Notes: generated from the sequence alone by a model not told the origin. 64,000 bases of DNA from Acidimicrobiia bacterium (GCA_965203555.1 CBDBCY010000004.1:2528001-2592000), one strand, 5' to 3'. Positions 1 through 9,622 are shown, counted from the first letter of the stretch. Numbers and translations: made by a program.

Positions 1-35
1 GCAAAGAAGCGGAATTACTGGAGGTTTAGGAGGGA

Positions 36-1157
36 ATGGCGCCGCCCGATAAGACTTGGGTTCCCGACTGGGAGCCGGATGAGGAGACCAACCCTGAGCT
101 GAGGCGGATTCCGGTTGCGGAGGAGGCCCCGGCCGAAGAGAGCGGGGAGGTTCTGCCCGACGACATGTTCGACTCCCGTACCTCCCAGCATCAGGCCCTG
201 GCCGAGGAGGTGATGGAGGCCAATGCCAAAGAACATCGCCAGCAGGCGGTAGCGGCCGCCATCCCGGGAGTCGATTCGGGAATCCTGGGCTTCGAAGATG
301 TGACCGGCAGGAGTTCAATGGCCACAGAAGAAGTGGAAGCGGCGGAGCAGGCACACTCCTTGGATCTGGTGAAGCGGACGATCAGCGCCGTTGTGTTGGT
401 GGCGGTAGTGGTGCTCGCCCTGTATTTGGGAGGGTCGTGGCTGTCCGGATTGTTCGCGGTGGTCATGTTGGTGGGACTGGTCGAGTTCTATATGGCCCTC
501 CGTTCGGCCGGATACCGACCCATTGCGCTTATAGGTCTGCTGGGTGTGCTGGCAGCCGGTGTTGTGGCGCATGTGGCTGGATTGTCCGCGGTCGGCGGGG
601 TGTTGGTGGGGGCGGTCGGCCTGATCCTGCTCTTCTACGTGGCGGCCGGACGCCGTCTGGCACTGGAGAACTCCACGCTGACCGTACTGGGAATGGTCTG
701 GGTCTCGTTGCTGTGCTATGGAGTAGTGATCGGCCAAGCCGCCGATGGGGTGGTGCTGCTGGTGTGGGTGCTGTTGTTGAACTCGATGTTCGACACGGCA
801 GCCTATGTGGTGGGTCGGTCCTTCGGCACCCGGCAGCTTTCTCCGTCGTTGTCCGAGAAGAAGACTGTACAGGGTTTGGTGGGTGGGGTCGTAGGCGCTT
901 TTGCACTGGCGGCCATCCTTTCGACGTTGCCTCAGTTGTCGATTCTCTCTCTCTTCCCGGCTCTCTATCTGGCGGGTGTGATCTCGATTCTCGCTCCGCT
1001 CGGAGATGCCGTTGAATCGGCTGTGAAGCGTTCTCTCGACGTAAAGGACATGAGTTCTTTCATTCCCGGCCACGGCGGGATTCTTGATCGCATAGATGGT
1101 CTGTTGCTGGTGCTGCCCGGCGCCTACTATCTCTTTTCTCTTCTCGACCTGCTATAG
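36..1157 (+). CDS. cdsA: Phosphatidate cytidylyltransferase with acidic N-terminal extension
   Basis: Multi-TM protein with SEKKTVQG and GDAVESAVKRSLDVKDMSSFIPGHGGILDRID (CTP_transf_1 signature). Confidence 0.93.
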   Translation: MAPPDKTWVPDWEPDEETNPELRRIPVAEEAPAEESGEVLPDDMFDSRTSQHQALAEEVMEANAKEHRQQAVAAAIPGVDSGILGFEDVTGRSSMATEEVEAAEQAHSLDLVKRTISAVVLVAVVVLALYLGGSWLSGLFAVVMLVGLVEFYMALRSAGYRPIALIGLLGVLAAGVVAHVAGLSAVGGVLVGAVGLILLFYVAAGRRLALENSTLTVLGMVWVSLLCYGVVIGQAADGVVLLVWVLLLNSMFDTAAYVVGRSFGTRQLSPSLSEKKTVQGLVGGVVGAFALAAILSTLPQLSILSLFPALYLAGVISILAPLGDAVESAVKRSLDVKDMSSFIPGHGGILDRIDGLLLVLPGAYYLFSLLDLL

Positions 1158-1216
1158 GATCGGCGTTACCTCCCGTACTTGGTAATCTCCGACTTGTCTA
1201 GCCGGGAGGTTTTCTG

Positions 1217-2320
1217 ATGGTCGGTGCCTTGGTGGTGGTGCTGGGCATCGTTTTCTTTGTAACGGTGCACGAACTGGGACACTTCCTGGCTGCCCGTTTT
1301 ACCGGCATGAAGGCCACCGAAATGTTCTTCGGGTTCGGACCGAGGCTTTGGTCGGTGAAGAAGGGAGAAACCGAGTACGGTTTCCGCCTGCTCCCTTTCG
1401 GAGGGTTCGTCAAGATTGCCGGCATGGGGCCGTTCAGCGACCAGGAGGTCGCTCCGGAACGTTCGTATCAACACAAGAAGACCTGGCAGCAGATCACGGT
1501 GGCGCTGAGCGGAGTGGCGCTGAATTTCCTGATGGCCTTTGTGATACTGGTTGGGCTGTTCATGCTGGAAGGGGTTTCCGACTTCACCAACCGGGTGATG
1601 CTGGTAGTGGGAGAGATGGACGACGGAACGCCCACTCCGGCGCGACAGGCCGGTATCGAAGTGGGAGATGTGATTCTGCAAGTCGACGGGATCGCCACCG
1701 ACCGGTGGGAAGACACTGCTGCTTTGTTGAGGGGCCGTCCCGACCAACCGGTGTCGATAACGGTGAGCCGCGAAGGGCAGATCTTGGAAGTGGAGGCGAT
1801 CCTGGCTGCTCGTCTCGCGGAGGACGGGATCGAGCAGGGTTTCTTGGGAATCGGACCGGCATTGGAGACCCGTACTCTCCGATTGTGGGAGGCGATGACC
1901 ACCGCCGCCGATGACATAGCGGAAGCGGTAGGTCTGACTTTCAGGGCGGTGGGGGAGTTGGTCAGCCCTTCCTCCCTGGCGGAATTGGCAGGCGGGATGT
2001 TCGGCGGAGAGGTTTCCGAGACCAACCGCCCGGTCAGCCCCATCGGACTGGCCAATATCGGCGCCCAGATCGGTGAGCGCGGGGTCGTCAACGTGGTGAG
2101 ATTGTTAGCATATCTGAATGTCGTTCTAGGTGTCTTCAACATGATCCCCGCTTATCCATTGGACGGAGGCCATGTCGCAGTGGCCCTCTATGAGAAGGTG
2201 TTCCGGAGAAGGGCCCGTCCCAAGGTGCTGATTTCCATCGCGGCGGTGGTGACGGTGTTGGTGGTCTTCTTGGGAGTGGCCGCCCTGGTGCTGGACGTGA
2301 TCAACCCCATCAGGCTGTGA
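1217..2320 (+). CDS. rseP: RIP metalloprotease RseP (M50, PDZ domain)
   Basis: HELGH zinc motif, central PDZ-like segment, NMIPAYPLDGGH motif; cdsA/ispG synteny. Confidence 0.92.
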   Translation: MVGALVVVLGIVFFVTVHELGHFLAARFTGMKATEMFFGFGPRLWSVKKGETEYGFRLLPFGGFVKIAGMGPFSDQEVAPERSYQHKKTWQQITVALSGVALNFLMAFVILVGLFMLEGVSDFTNRVMLVVGEMDDGTPTPARQAGIEVGDVILQVDGIATDRWEDTAALLRGRPDQPVSITVSREGQILEVEAILAARLAEDGIEQGFLGIGPALETRTLRLWEAMTTAADDIAEAVGLTFRAVGELVSPSSLAELAGGMFGGEVSETNRPVSPIGLANIGAQIGERGVVNVVRLLAYLNVVLGVFNMIPAYPLDGGHVAVALYEKVFRRRARPKVLISIAAVVTVLVVFLGVAALVLDVINPIRL

Positions 2321-3552
2321 AAGACGCCCGGCTTTTCAAGCGCCCCAGGAGGCGCACCCGCCCCATCATGGTGGGAACGGTGAAAGTGGGCGGTGACGCC
2401 CCGGTGAGCGTCCAGTCCATGACCACCACCAAGACCCATGATGTGGACGGCACCTTGGCGCAGGTGTATGCCCTGGCCGGGGCGGGGGCCGACTTGGTGA
2501 GAATCACCTGCAACACCGTGGAAGCCGCCCAGGGCCTGGCGGAGATCGTTCCACGCAGTCCCGTGCCGATCATTGCCGACATTCACTTCCAGTACCGGCT
2601 GGCTCTGGCCGCCCTGGAAAGCGGGGTGTGCGGGTTGCGTCTGAATCCGGGCAACATCCGCCGCCCGAGCCACATAAAGGAGGTGGCGCGGGCCGCCTCG
2701 CAGCGGCAGGTGCCGATCCGGGTGGGAGTGAATGCCGGGTCCCTCGACAGGGACATCCTCAACCGTCATGGGGACGCCACTCCCGAGGCGCTGCTGGAGT
2801 CGGCGTTGCTGGAGATCAAATACCTTGAGGAAGTCGACTTCTATGACATCAAGATTTCGGTCAAACATTCCCATGTCCCCACCATGGTCGAGTCCTACCG
2901 CCTGCTGGCGGAGAAAGTCGAATATCCCCTTCACCTGGGGGTGACCGAGGCCGGTCCCCCGCCGGGTGGCCTGATCAAGTCGGTGGCGGGCATCGCCACC
3001 CTGTTGCTGGAGGGAATCGGAGACACTATTCGGTTCTCTCTGACCGCCGATCCGGTCATCGAAGCCGAGTCGGGACGCAGGTTGCTGGAATATCTGGACC
3101 TTCGGGAACGCCGGAGTCTCGATCTGATCGCCTGCCCGTCGTGCGGGCGGGCAGAGGTCGATGTGATCGAGGTCGCCCAGGTTGCCCAGGAGGCCTTGGA
3201 ATCGGAGAACCTTCCCATCCAGGTGGCGGTGATGGGATGCGTGGTGAACGGTCCCGGAGAAGCCCGGTCCGCCGATCTGGGAATCGCGGCGGGCCGGGGC
3301 CGGGGGCATCTGTTCATCAAAGGCAAAGTGGTGAGAGTGGTGCCGGAATCGCAGATGGTGGATGCCTTGGTGGAAGAAGGTCGTCGCCTGGTGGAAGAGG
3401 GAGTGGAAGCCCGGCTGGCGGCGGCCGACCTCACTGCCGCCGCCCAGGCGGAGGCAGACCGGCGCCAGTTGCTCCAGATACGTCCCGACGCCAATTCCAG
3501 CGAACAGCGCCGGCAGAAGGTGGCGGTGGTGGCGCGGGGGAACCGCCGGTAG
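2317..3552 (+). CDS. ispG: 4-hydroxy-3-methylbut-2-en-1-yl diphosphate synthase
   Basis: VQSMTTT, IADIHF, RLNPGNI, CPSCGR and MGCVVNGPGEA motifs. Confidence 0.97.
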   Translation: MKDARLFKRPRRRTRPIMVGTVKVGGDAPVSVQSMTTTKTHDVDGTLAQVYALAGAGADLVRITCNTVEAAQGLAEIVPRSPVPIIADIHFQYRLALAALESGVCGLRLNPGNIRRPSHIKEVARAASQRQVPIRVGVNAGSLDRDILNRHGDATPEALLESALLEIKYLEEVDFYDIKISVKHSHVPTMVESYRLLAEKVEYPLHLGVTEAGPPPGGLIKSVAGIATLLLEGIGDTIRFSLTADPVIEAESGRRLLEYLDLRERRSLDLIACPSCGRAEVDVIEVAQVAQEALESENLPIQVAVMGCVVNGPGEARSADLGIAAGRGRGHLFIKGKVVRVVPESQMVDALVEEGRRLVEEGVEARLAAADLTAAAQAEADRRQLLQIRPDANSSEQRRQKVAVVARGNRR

Positions 3553-3587
3553 ACTTTCGAGGCGGCAACCCGTCGAGGAGTGAACAT

Positions 3588-4364
3588 TTGAGCGCGGGGA
3601 TTTCGGGCAAGGTAGCGTTGATCACCGGGGCAAGTCGAGGCATCGGTTTGGCGGTGGCCGCTGAAATGTTGGATGGAGGGGCGGCTGGAGTAACGATCAC
3701 CTCCCGGAGGGCCGACAACCTGGCGGAGGCCGCGTCGCAACTGGTTGAGGGCGGCAGGGACGCCGGCAAGATACTGGCGTCCGTCGCCCGCGCCGACCAC
3801 GATGACCACGCCGGCCGGGCAGTGATGGAGACAATCGAACGATTCGGCAGTTGCGATATCTTGGTGAACAATGCCGGAACCAATCCTGGAGCGGGAGATC
3901 TGATGAGCGTCGCCCAGGAAGCCGTGGACAAGACCTGGGCGGTCAACCAGCGGGCGCCGTTGGTGTGGACCAGGGCGGCGTGGGCGGGGTGGATGCGCGA
4001 GCATGGTGGGTGCGTGGTGAACGTGGCGTCGATCGGGGGAGTGCGTCCCACCCCAATCCTGGGCGCCTACAACATTTCCAAGGCGGCCATGATCTACATG
4101 ACCCACCAGTTGGCCATGGAACTGGCGCCGCAGGTGCGAGTCAACGCGGTTGCTCCCGCGGTGATCAAGACCCGGCTATCCGCTCTGTTGTGGCAATCGG
4201 ATCCGGAGGGAACCGCACGTCGTCATCCCATGCAAAGGCTGGGAGAGCCTGAGGATGTTGCGAAAGCAGTTGCCTTCCTCTGCTCGGAGGAGGCTTCCTG
4301 GATAACGGGAGTGATCCTTCCGGTGGACGGGGGAATGTTGGGCGCGTCTGCGGGGATGGGGTAG
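3588..4364 (+). CDS. Short-chain dehydrogenase/reductase
   Basis: TGASRGIG, NNAG and YNISK motifs; TTG start at 3588 after GAGGAG RBS. Confidence 0.9.
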   Translation: MSAGISGKVALITGASRGIGLAVAAEMLDGGAAGVTITSRRADNLAEAASQLVEGGRDAGKILASVARADHDDHAGRAVMETIERFGSCDILVNNAGTNPGAGDLMSVAQEAVDKTWAVNQRAPLVWTRAAWAGWMREHGGCVVNVASIGGVRPTPILGAYNISKAAMIYMTHQLAMELAPQVRVNAVAPAVIKTRLSALLWQSDPEGTARRHPMQRLGEPEDVAKAVAFLCSEEASWITGVILPVDGGMLGASAGMG

Positions 4365-5527
4365 TGGCCCATCCCGCTTTCGACCCCGATCTTGCACTCT
4401 CGTATCTGGAGGGTCGGCGTTCCCCGGCTCCTTTGTTTGCCGAGGCGGCCAGGCTGCGGGATGAGGGTAAGGGCAGGATCGTCACCTACAGCCGAAAGGT
4501 CTTCATTCCTCTGACCACTCTCTGTCGCGACTCCTGCACTTACTGCACCTTCGCCCAGCCACCAGGGGGAGGGGGAATGTTCATGCCTCCCGAGCAGGTG
4601 CTGGCGGTGGCGCAGGCGGGAGAGGCGTACCGCTGCACTGAGGCGCTATTCACTCTGGGTGACCGGCCCGAGCAACGTTGGCCGGCAGCGCGACGCTTCC
4701 TGGACGAACAGGAGTGCGATAACACGATCGAATACACGAGGCGGATGACAGAGATGGTTAACCGGGAGACCGCTCTGTTCCCTCATGCCAATCCCGGCGT
4801 GATGACCCTGACCCAGATGGAGACCCTGCGTCCTTCCAATCCATCCATGGGCCTGATGCTGGAGAACATCTCGGACCGGCTCACCCAACCGGGCATGCCG
4901 CACCACAACTGTCCGGACAAAGTACCTTCGGTGAGGGTGAAGGTCATAGAGGATGCAGGACTGCTGCGGGTTCCGTTCACCACCGGCATCCTGGTGGGTA
5001 TTGGGGAGAATGCCGGGGAGATAATCGATTCTCTGGTGGCTTTGGCATCACTGGCCAAAGCGGGAGGCCACATCCAAGAGGTGATCATCCAGAATTTCCG
5101 GGCCAAATACAATACCCCCATGCGGGCCAACGCCGAACCCATTCCGTCCTGGTTCATGCGGGTGGTGGCCCTGGCCCGTTGGATAATGGGGGCCGAGATG
5201 AATGTCCAGGTGCCTCCCAATCTGACCGAACGCTACGAGATGTATCTGCAGGCGGGCATCAACGACTGGGGCGGGGTCTCTCCCCTGACTATCGATTGGG
5301 TGAATCCGGAGGCGCCGTGGCCTCATTTGGAGTCCCTGCGCCGCCGCACTGAAGCAGCCGGTTTTCAACTGCTTCCCCGGCTGCCGGTCTATCCTTCCTA
5401 CTTGTCCGACCGTTGGATCGATCCGACTCTGCTGCCCAAGGCTTTGGATGCCGTCGACTCTCAGGGGTATGCCCTGGCTCCGCAGGTCGAGTTGGGCGAC
5501 CGTCCGGTCGGTGTAGCTGTTTCGTGA
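4364..5527 (+). CDS. cofG: FO synthase subunit CofG (radical SAM, F420 biosynthesis)
   Basis: VTYSRKVFIPLTTLCRDSCTYCTF, FTTGILVGIGE, QVPPNL and INDWGGVSP motifs. Confidence 0.93.
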   Translation: MAHPAFDPDLALSYLEGRRSPAPLFAEAARLRDEGKGRIVTYSRKVFIPLTTLCRDSCTYCTFAQPPGGGGMFMPPEQVLAVAQAGEAYRCTEALFTLGDRPEQRWPAARRFLDEQECDNTIEYTRRMTEMVNRETALFPHANPGVMTLTQMETLRPSNPSMGLMLENISDRLTQPGMPHHNCPDKVPSVRVKVIEDAGLLRVPFTTGILVGIGENAGEIIDSLVALASLAKAGGHIQEVIIQNFRAKYNTPMRANAEPIPSWFMRVVALARWIMGAEMNVQVPPNLTERYEMYLQAGINDWGGVSPLTIDWVNPEAPWPHLESLRRRTEAAGFQLLPRLPVYPSYLSDRWIDPTLLPKALDAVDSQGYALAPQVELGDRPVGVAVS

Positions 5528-5557
5528 GCCTGTCTTATCTGGGGGTAGCCTGACAAA

Positions 5558-7432
5558 ATGATGCCGAGTAGATCCGAGACCATCACATTCTTGCGGGTCC
5601 GACCTGCGGAGGTGGCTACCGATGCCGTGGCCGAGGCTCGTTCCCGGGAGGGGACCACCACCCTGGAGATGGATTCTCCGGAAGTCAACGATCTACGAGC
5701 CGCCCACAAGGCGGCGGTCCTCGTTGCTGCTCGCCACGCAGACTCATCGCAGGCGCCTTGGATCGTAGAACCGCCCGAGGCGCTGCATCTGGCGAAGCTG
5801 AAGACGCCGGGATGGTTGATCACCGTGATCGACCGCGGCAGCGAAGAGATGGTGTTGGATGCTCTGGCTCGCAGCGAAGCCGCTTTCCTGCGCACGGCCA
5901 GAAGCGATGTGAAAACAGCAGCCGGTCTCTGTGATTTGCCGGGGGTGAATGCCAAAGTTTCGGTGTTCGTCGATGACGTGGAGCAGGCGGTGGGGGCCGT
6001 TTCAGAAGGAGCGCGGGACCTGCTGCTGCGAGACTGGGATGCCGAGGGGATCGGGGAACTACGTCACAATTTGGCGCCGCTCGCCCTGGTGGAACGAACC
6101 GCCCTGCCGCCTGGCTTGGAAATCGATACCGTCCGTGAAACCCTGTCTAGAAGTGCTTTCCGGGCGTGGCTCCAGCAGGTGGACGCCGCGGGAGCGGCTC
6201 GTCCCCGGTACGGGTGGGCCCCGGGACGGGCGGAGCCGGCCCCCGTTCCTTCCCAACGGTTTTCGGCGCAGTGGCCGGATTCGTGGTGGGTCGGTTCGGA
6301 GGGACCGGAAGAATTGGAAGGCGCCGCGCAGTTGCGCCCCATCCTGGAACGCTCCCTGGAGGGATCGCCGCCCACCCTGGCGGAGACCGAGATGCTGTTC
6401 GGGGCGCGTGGCGACCAGATGGAAGCGGTGGCCTGGACGGCCGACCGACTGCGCCGGCGGGCGGTCGGGGATTTGGTGACGTATGTCGTCAACCGGAATA
6501 TCAACTACACCAACATGTGCTACTTCCGGTGCGGTTTCTGCGCTTTTTCGAAAGGACCGCGCAGCCTCAACCTGCGGGGAGACCCGTATCTGATGTCCAT
6601 TGCCGAGGTCGTTCGCAGAGCCAAAGAGGCCTGGGACCGCGGGGCTACCGAGGTGACTCTCCAAGGAGGCATCCATCCGGAGTTCACCGGCGACTTCTAT
6701 GTGGCCGTGACCGAAGCGATCAAGGCGGAATTGCCCCGGATGCACATTCACGGGTTTACCCCCTTGGAGGTGTGGCAGGGAGCGGAGACTTGCGGGTCGA
6801 CGGTGAAGGACTTTCTGATCCGCCTCAGGGACGCCGGTCTGGGTACTCTTCCCGGCACCGCCGCCGAGATCCTGGACGACGATGTTCGGCGGTTTTTGTG
6901 CCCGGACAAGATCCGTACTTCCCAGTGGGCGAAGGTGATGCTGATCGCCCATGAACTGGGGCTGAAATCCACCGCCACCATCATGTTCGGGCACATCGAC
7001 CACCACCGTTCCTGGGCCAAGCACCTGGACGTGATCCGGCGGATCCAGCGGCGCACGGGTGGTTTCACCGAGTTGGTGCCGCTTCCTTTCGTTCACATGG
7101 GCGCCCCGATCTGGCTGAACGGCAAGGCCCGTCCCGGGCCGACCTGGGACGAGGTGGTGCTGATCCATGCGGTGGGACGGATTGCCCTGGACGGCTTGGT
7201 GCCCAATATCCAGGCTTCCTGGGTGAAGCTGGGGTTGGACGGGGCCGGTCGTCTTCTGGACGCGGGATGCAACGACCTGGGCGGCACCCTGATGGGGGAG
7301 ATCATTACCCGTTCGGCGGGCGCAGCCCATGGGCAGGAGATGGAACCAAGCGATTTCGAGAGGACAATCACCGCCATCGGCCGACAGGTGGGTCGCCGGG
7401 ACACCGAGTACCGTCTCTCTCTGACTGCCTAG
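5558..7432 (+). CDS. cofH: FO synthase subunit CofH with ~290-aa N-terminal degenerate CofG-like region (FbiC-like architecture)
   Basis: VTYVVNRNINYTNMCYFRCGFCAFSKG, PGTAAEILDD, NIQASWVKLG and NDLGGTLM motifs in the C-terminal half. Confidence 0.9.
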   Translation: MMPSRSETITFLRVRPAEVATDAVAEARSREGTTTLEMDSPEVNDLRAAHKAAVLVAARHADSSQAPWIVEPPEALHLAKLKTPGWLITVIDRGSEEMVLDALARSEAAFLRTARSDVKTAAGLCDLPGVNAKVSVFVDDVEQAVGAVSEGARDLLLRDWDAEGIGELRHNLAPLALVERTALPPGLEIDTVRETLSRSAFRAWLQQVDAAGAARPRYGWAPGRAEPAPVPSQRFSAQWPDSWWVGSEGPEELEGAAQLRPILERSLEGSPPTLAETEMLFGARGDQMEAVAWTADRLRRRAVGDLVTYVVNRNINYTNMCYFRCGFCAFSKGPRSLNLRGDPYLMSIAEVVRRAKEAWDRGATEVTLQGGIHPEFTGDFYVAVTEAIKAELPRMHIHGFTPLEVWQGAETCGSTVKDFLIRLRDAGLGTLPGTAAEILDDDVRRFLCPDKIRTSQWAKVMLIAHELGLKSTATIMFGHIDHHRSWAKHLDVIRRIQRRTGGFTELVPLPFVHMGAPIWLNGKARPGPTWDEVVLIHAVGRIALDGLVPNIQASWVKLGLDGAGRLLDAGCNDLGGTLMGEIITRSAGAAHGQEMEPSDFERTITAIGRQVGRRDTEYRLSLTA

Positions 7433-7444
7433 AAGCGGGCCATT

Positions 7445-7993
7445 GTGGCTTCCTATTACGAGAGTATCCCCGATCACCTGGCCACCTGGATCAAGGCCCA
7501 ATCGATGTTCTTCGTGGCCACTTCCCCCTCGGGAGACGGCGGACACATCAATCTTTCTCCCAAGGGCTTGGATACCTTCCGGATAGTCGATCCCCGGACG
7601 GTGGCCTATCTCGATCTGGTGGGCAGCGGAGCGGAGACCATTGCGCATCTGCGCCAGAACGGGCGGATAGTGGTGATGTTCTGCGGGTTCGATCAGCCCC
7701 GGAGGATCCTGCGGATCTGGGGAGAGGGCGGGGCGTTGTACCCGGGGATGGAGGAGCACTCACAGTTGGCGGCAGCGTTCCCCGAGATCCCGGGTTCCCG
7801 GTCCATAATCAGGGTGGAGATAGCGAAGGTGGGAACTTCCTGTGGGGGCGGGGTGCCGCTGATGGAGGTTGTCTCCCAGCGTGACTTTCTGCCCACCTGG
7901 GCGGATAAGAAGGGCCCCGACGCCATGTGGGAGTACCAGAAAAAGCACAACACCCACAGCCTGGACGGTCTCCCCGCCATGGACTTTGCATAG
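7445..7993 (+). CDS. Pyridoxamine 5'-phosphate oxidase family (split beta-barrel flavin-binding) protein
   Basis: MFFVAT, NLSPKG, GSGAETIAHLRQNGRIVVMFC and SCG motifs. Confidence 0.85.
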   Translation: MASYYESIPDHLATWIKAQSMFFVATSPSGDGGHINLSPKGLDTFRIVDPRTVAYLDLVGSGAETIAHLRQNGRIVVMFCGFDQPRRILRIWGEGGALYPGMEEHSQLAAAFPEIPGSRSIIRVEIAKVGTSCGGGVPLMEVVSQRDFLPTWADKKGPDAMWEYQKKHNTHSLDGLPAMDFA

Positions 7994-8075
7994 CTGCTTT
8001 ACCTCCTGCGGTTGTTCCTGGCGCTCCCTTCCCGAGCGAGAAAGGGATCACATCCCACTGTATATAACCTTTTCC

Positions 8076-8101
8076 CATCATTTATTATGATGTGGTAAGC
8101 T
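8076..8101 (+). promoter_or_regulatory. Putative vapBC promoter/operator (CATCAT-N5-ATGATG palindrome, TAAGCT -10, likely leaderless)
   Basis: Inverted repeat at 8076-8092 in an AT-rich patch; -10-like hexamer 6 nt before ATG 8108. Confidence 0.5.
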
Positions 8102-8107
8102 CCTTGT

Positions 8108-8374
8108 ATGAGTGGGTCATACAATGTAATAGTGGGAAACAAGGGAAGGATTGTCGTGCCGGCGGAGGCGCGCCGACGCGCCGGATTTGCCGAGGGGACA
8201 GCGTTGGTGATGTTGGAGACCCCGGGTGGTCTGGTGTTGATGACACGGGAACAACTCCGTGACCGGGTCCGCAGAGACTTGGCCGGTCTGGATTTGGTAG
8301 GCGAGCTTTTGGCGGATCGGCGCCGGGAGGCCGAGCGGGAGAATCGGGAGACTGAGCAGGAGAACACAGGATGA
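8108..8374 (+). CDS. vapB: AbrB/MazE/SpoVT-family antitoxin
   Basis: VGNKGRIVVPAEARRRAGFAEG swapped-hairpin motif; overlaps the PIN gene by ATGA. Confidence 0.85.
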   Translation: MSGSYNVIVGNKGRIVVPAEARRRAGFAEGTALVMLETPGGLVLMTREQLRDRVRRDLAGLDLVGELLADRRREAERENRETEQENTG

Positions 8375-8739
8375 GTGTGGTGCTCGATGCATCGGCGATC
8401 ATGGCATTTCTGCAGGTCGAGGAGGGTGCCGATGTGGTGGAGGAGGCGCTGGTGGGCAATCCGCGATGTGGGGCTGCCAATTGGTCTGAGGTGGCCCAGA
8501 AGGTAATGGCCGCCGGTCGCGACTGGCCGCTGGCTCGGGCATTGCTTTTCAGCCATGGGGTCCGGATCGAGCCGGTCAGCGCCGATGACGCCGAATGGGC
8601 CGCCCGCCGCTGGAGGCCCGGAGAAAATCTGTCCTTGGCTGACCGGCTTTGCCTGGCGCTTGGCGAACGCCTCGGTTTGGACGTTCTTACCGCTGACCGG
8701 TCATGGGGTTCGACCGGCCGGGTATGCCAGATCCGTTGA
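8371..8739 (+). CDS. vapC: VapC PIN-domain toxin
   Basis: VVLDASA, NWSEV, LSLADRLCLALG and VLTADRSW motifs. Confidence 0.9.
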   Translation: MSVVLDASAIMAFLQVEEGADVVEEALVGNPRCGAANWSEVAQKVMAAGRDWPLARALLFSHGVRIEPVSADDAEWAARRWRPGENLSLADRLCLALGERLGLDVLTADRSWGSTGRVCQIR

Positions 8740-9622
8740 CGGCTAAGCCGAGCGGATGCCCGATGTAGCGTATCCCGGTTTCTCCGATGCGTTTGGCGAT
8801 GACCGCGATGGCTCGAGGGTTGTTGTCGATCATCACGAAGCTGCGGTTGAGTTGCCGTGCCACGGCGCCCGTGGTTCCCGATCCGGCGAAGAAATCCAAT
8901 ACCCGGTCGCCTTCCTGCGACGAGGCCATCACGATCCTGCGTAGCACTCCTTCCGGCTTCTGAGTGGCATAGCCGGTTTTTTCTCTGCCGTTGGTGGCCA
9001 CGATCGTGTGCCACCACACGTCGGTGGGGAGTTTGCCCCGAGCCGCCTTCTCCTTGGAAACCAGGCCGGGCGCCATGTAGGGGATCCTCTCGATGGCATT
9101 CTGGTCGAAGAAGTACAAGTCGGGATCTTTCGCATAGACCAGGATGGTGTCATGTTTGGCGGGCCATTTTCTCTTGGACCGCCCGCCGAAGTCGTATGCC
9201 CAGATGATCTCGTTTATGAAGCACTCCCGGCCGAAGATCTGGTCCAGCAGCACCTTGCAGTAGTGGGCTTCCCGGTAATCGATGTGGAAATACAGGGTGC
9301 CGTCATGGGTGAGTAGCCGATGGGCCTGTCGGAGTCTCGGCTCTATAAAGTCCAGGTAGTCGTCGAAGATGTCCACATAGGAGGTTGAGCCGAGTCGGAC
9401 GGTCCGGTAACGCCGGCCTTGGAACCCGGTGCGATCTCCTTGGTCGCTGCGGGCGGTTTTCAGCGTCTCCCTTCGCTGGATCTTCCCGCTGTTGAACGGC
9501 GGATCGATGTATATGAGCCGAAAGGACTCGGCGGGCAACCGGGGCAGGATCTCCGCGTTGTCCGCACAGAACACCCAGTTGGCGTGTCCTTCCAGATCGA
9601 TGGGCGAGTCGACCATAGTCAT
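8687..9622 (-). CDS. Orphan site-specific DNA methyltransferase (beta-class N4/N6)
   Basis: IYIDPPFN (motif IV) precedes TQKPE and LDFFAGSGTT (motif I); start taken at ATG 9622 (or 9616). Confidence 0.9.
   Translation of the reverse strand: MTMVDSPIDLEGHANWVFCADNAEILPRLPAESFRLIYIDPPFNSGKIQRRETLKTARSDQGDRTGFQGRRYRTVRLGSTSYVDIFDDYLDFIEPRLRQAHRLLTHDGTLYFHIDYREAHYCKVLLDQIFGRECFINEIIWAYDFGGRSKRKWPAKHDTILVYAKDPDLYFFDQNAIERIPYMAPGLVSKEKAARGKLPTDVWWHTIVATNGREKTGYATQKPEGVLRRIVMASSQEGDRVLDFFAGSGTTGAVARQLNRSFVMIDNNPRAIAVIAKRIGETGIRYIGHPLGLAVNGSGIPGRSNPMTGQR

Noticed and set aside
3141-3587. Long N-terminal extensions in the ORF track (SDR here; also tig, mrdA, proB, trkA and the orphan MTase)
   Set aside because: They overlap upstream genes, tRNAs or intergenic DNA; downstream starts fit RBS positions and family N-termini better.
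6059-7759. Long antisense ORFs (this one and e.g. 34108-35853, 41187-42734, 54989-56287, 57458-58957)
   Set aside because: Shadow ORFs typical of high-GC coding DNA, overlapping well-supported genes.
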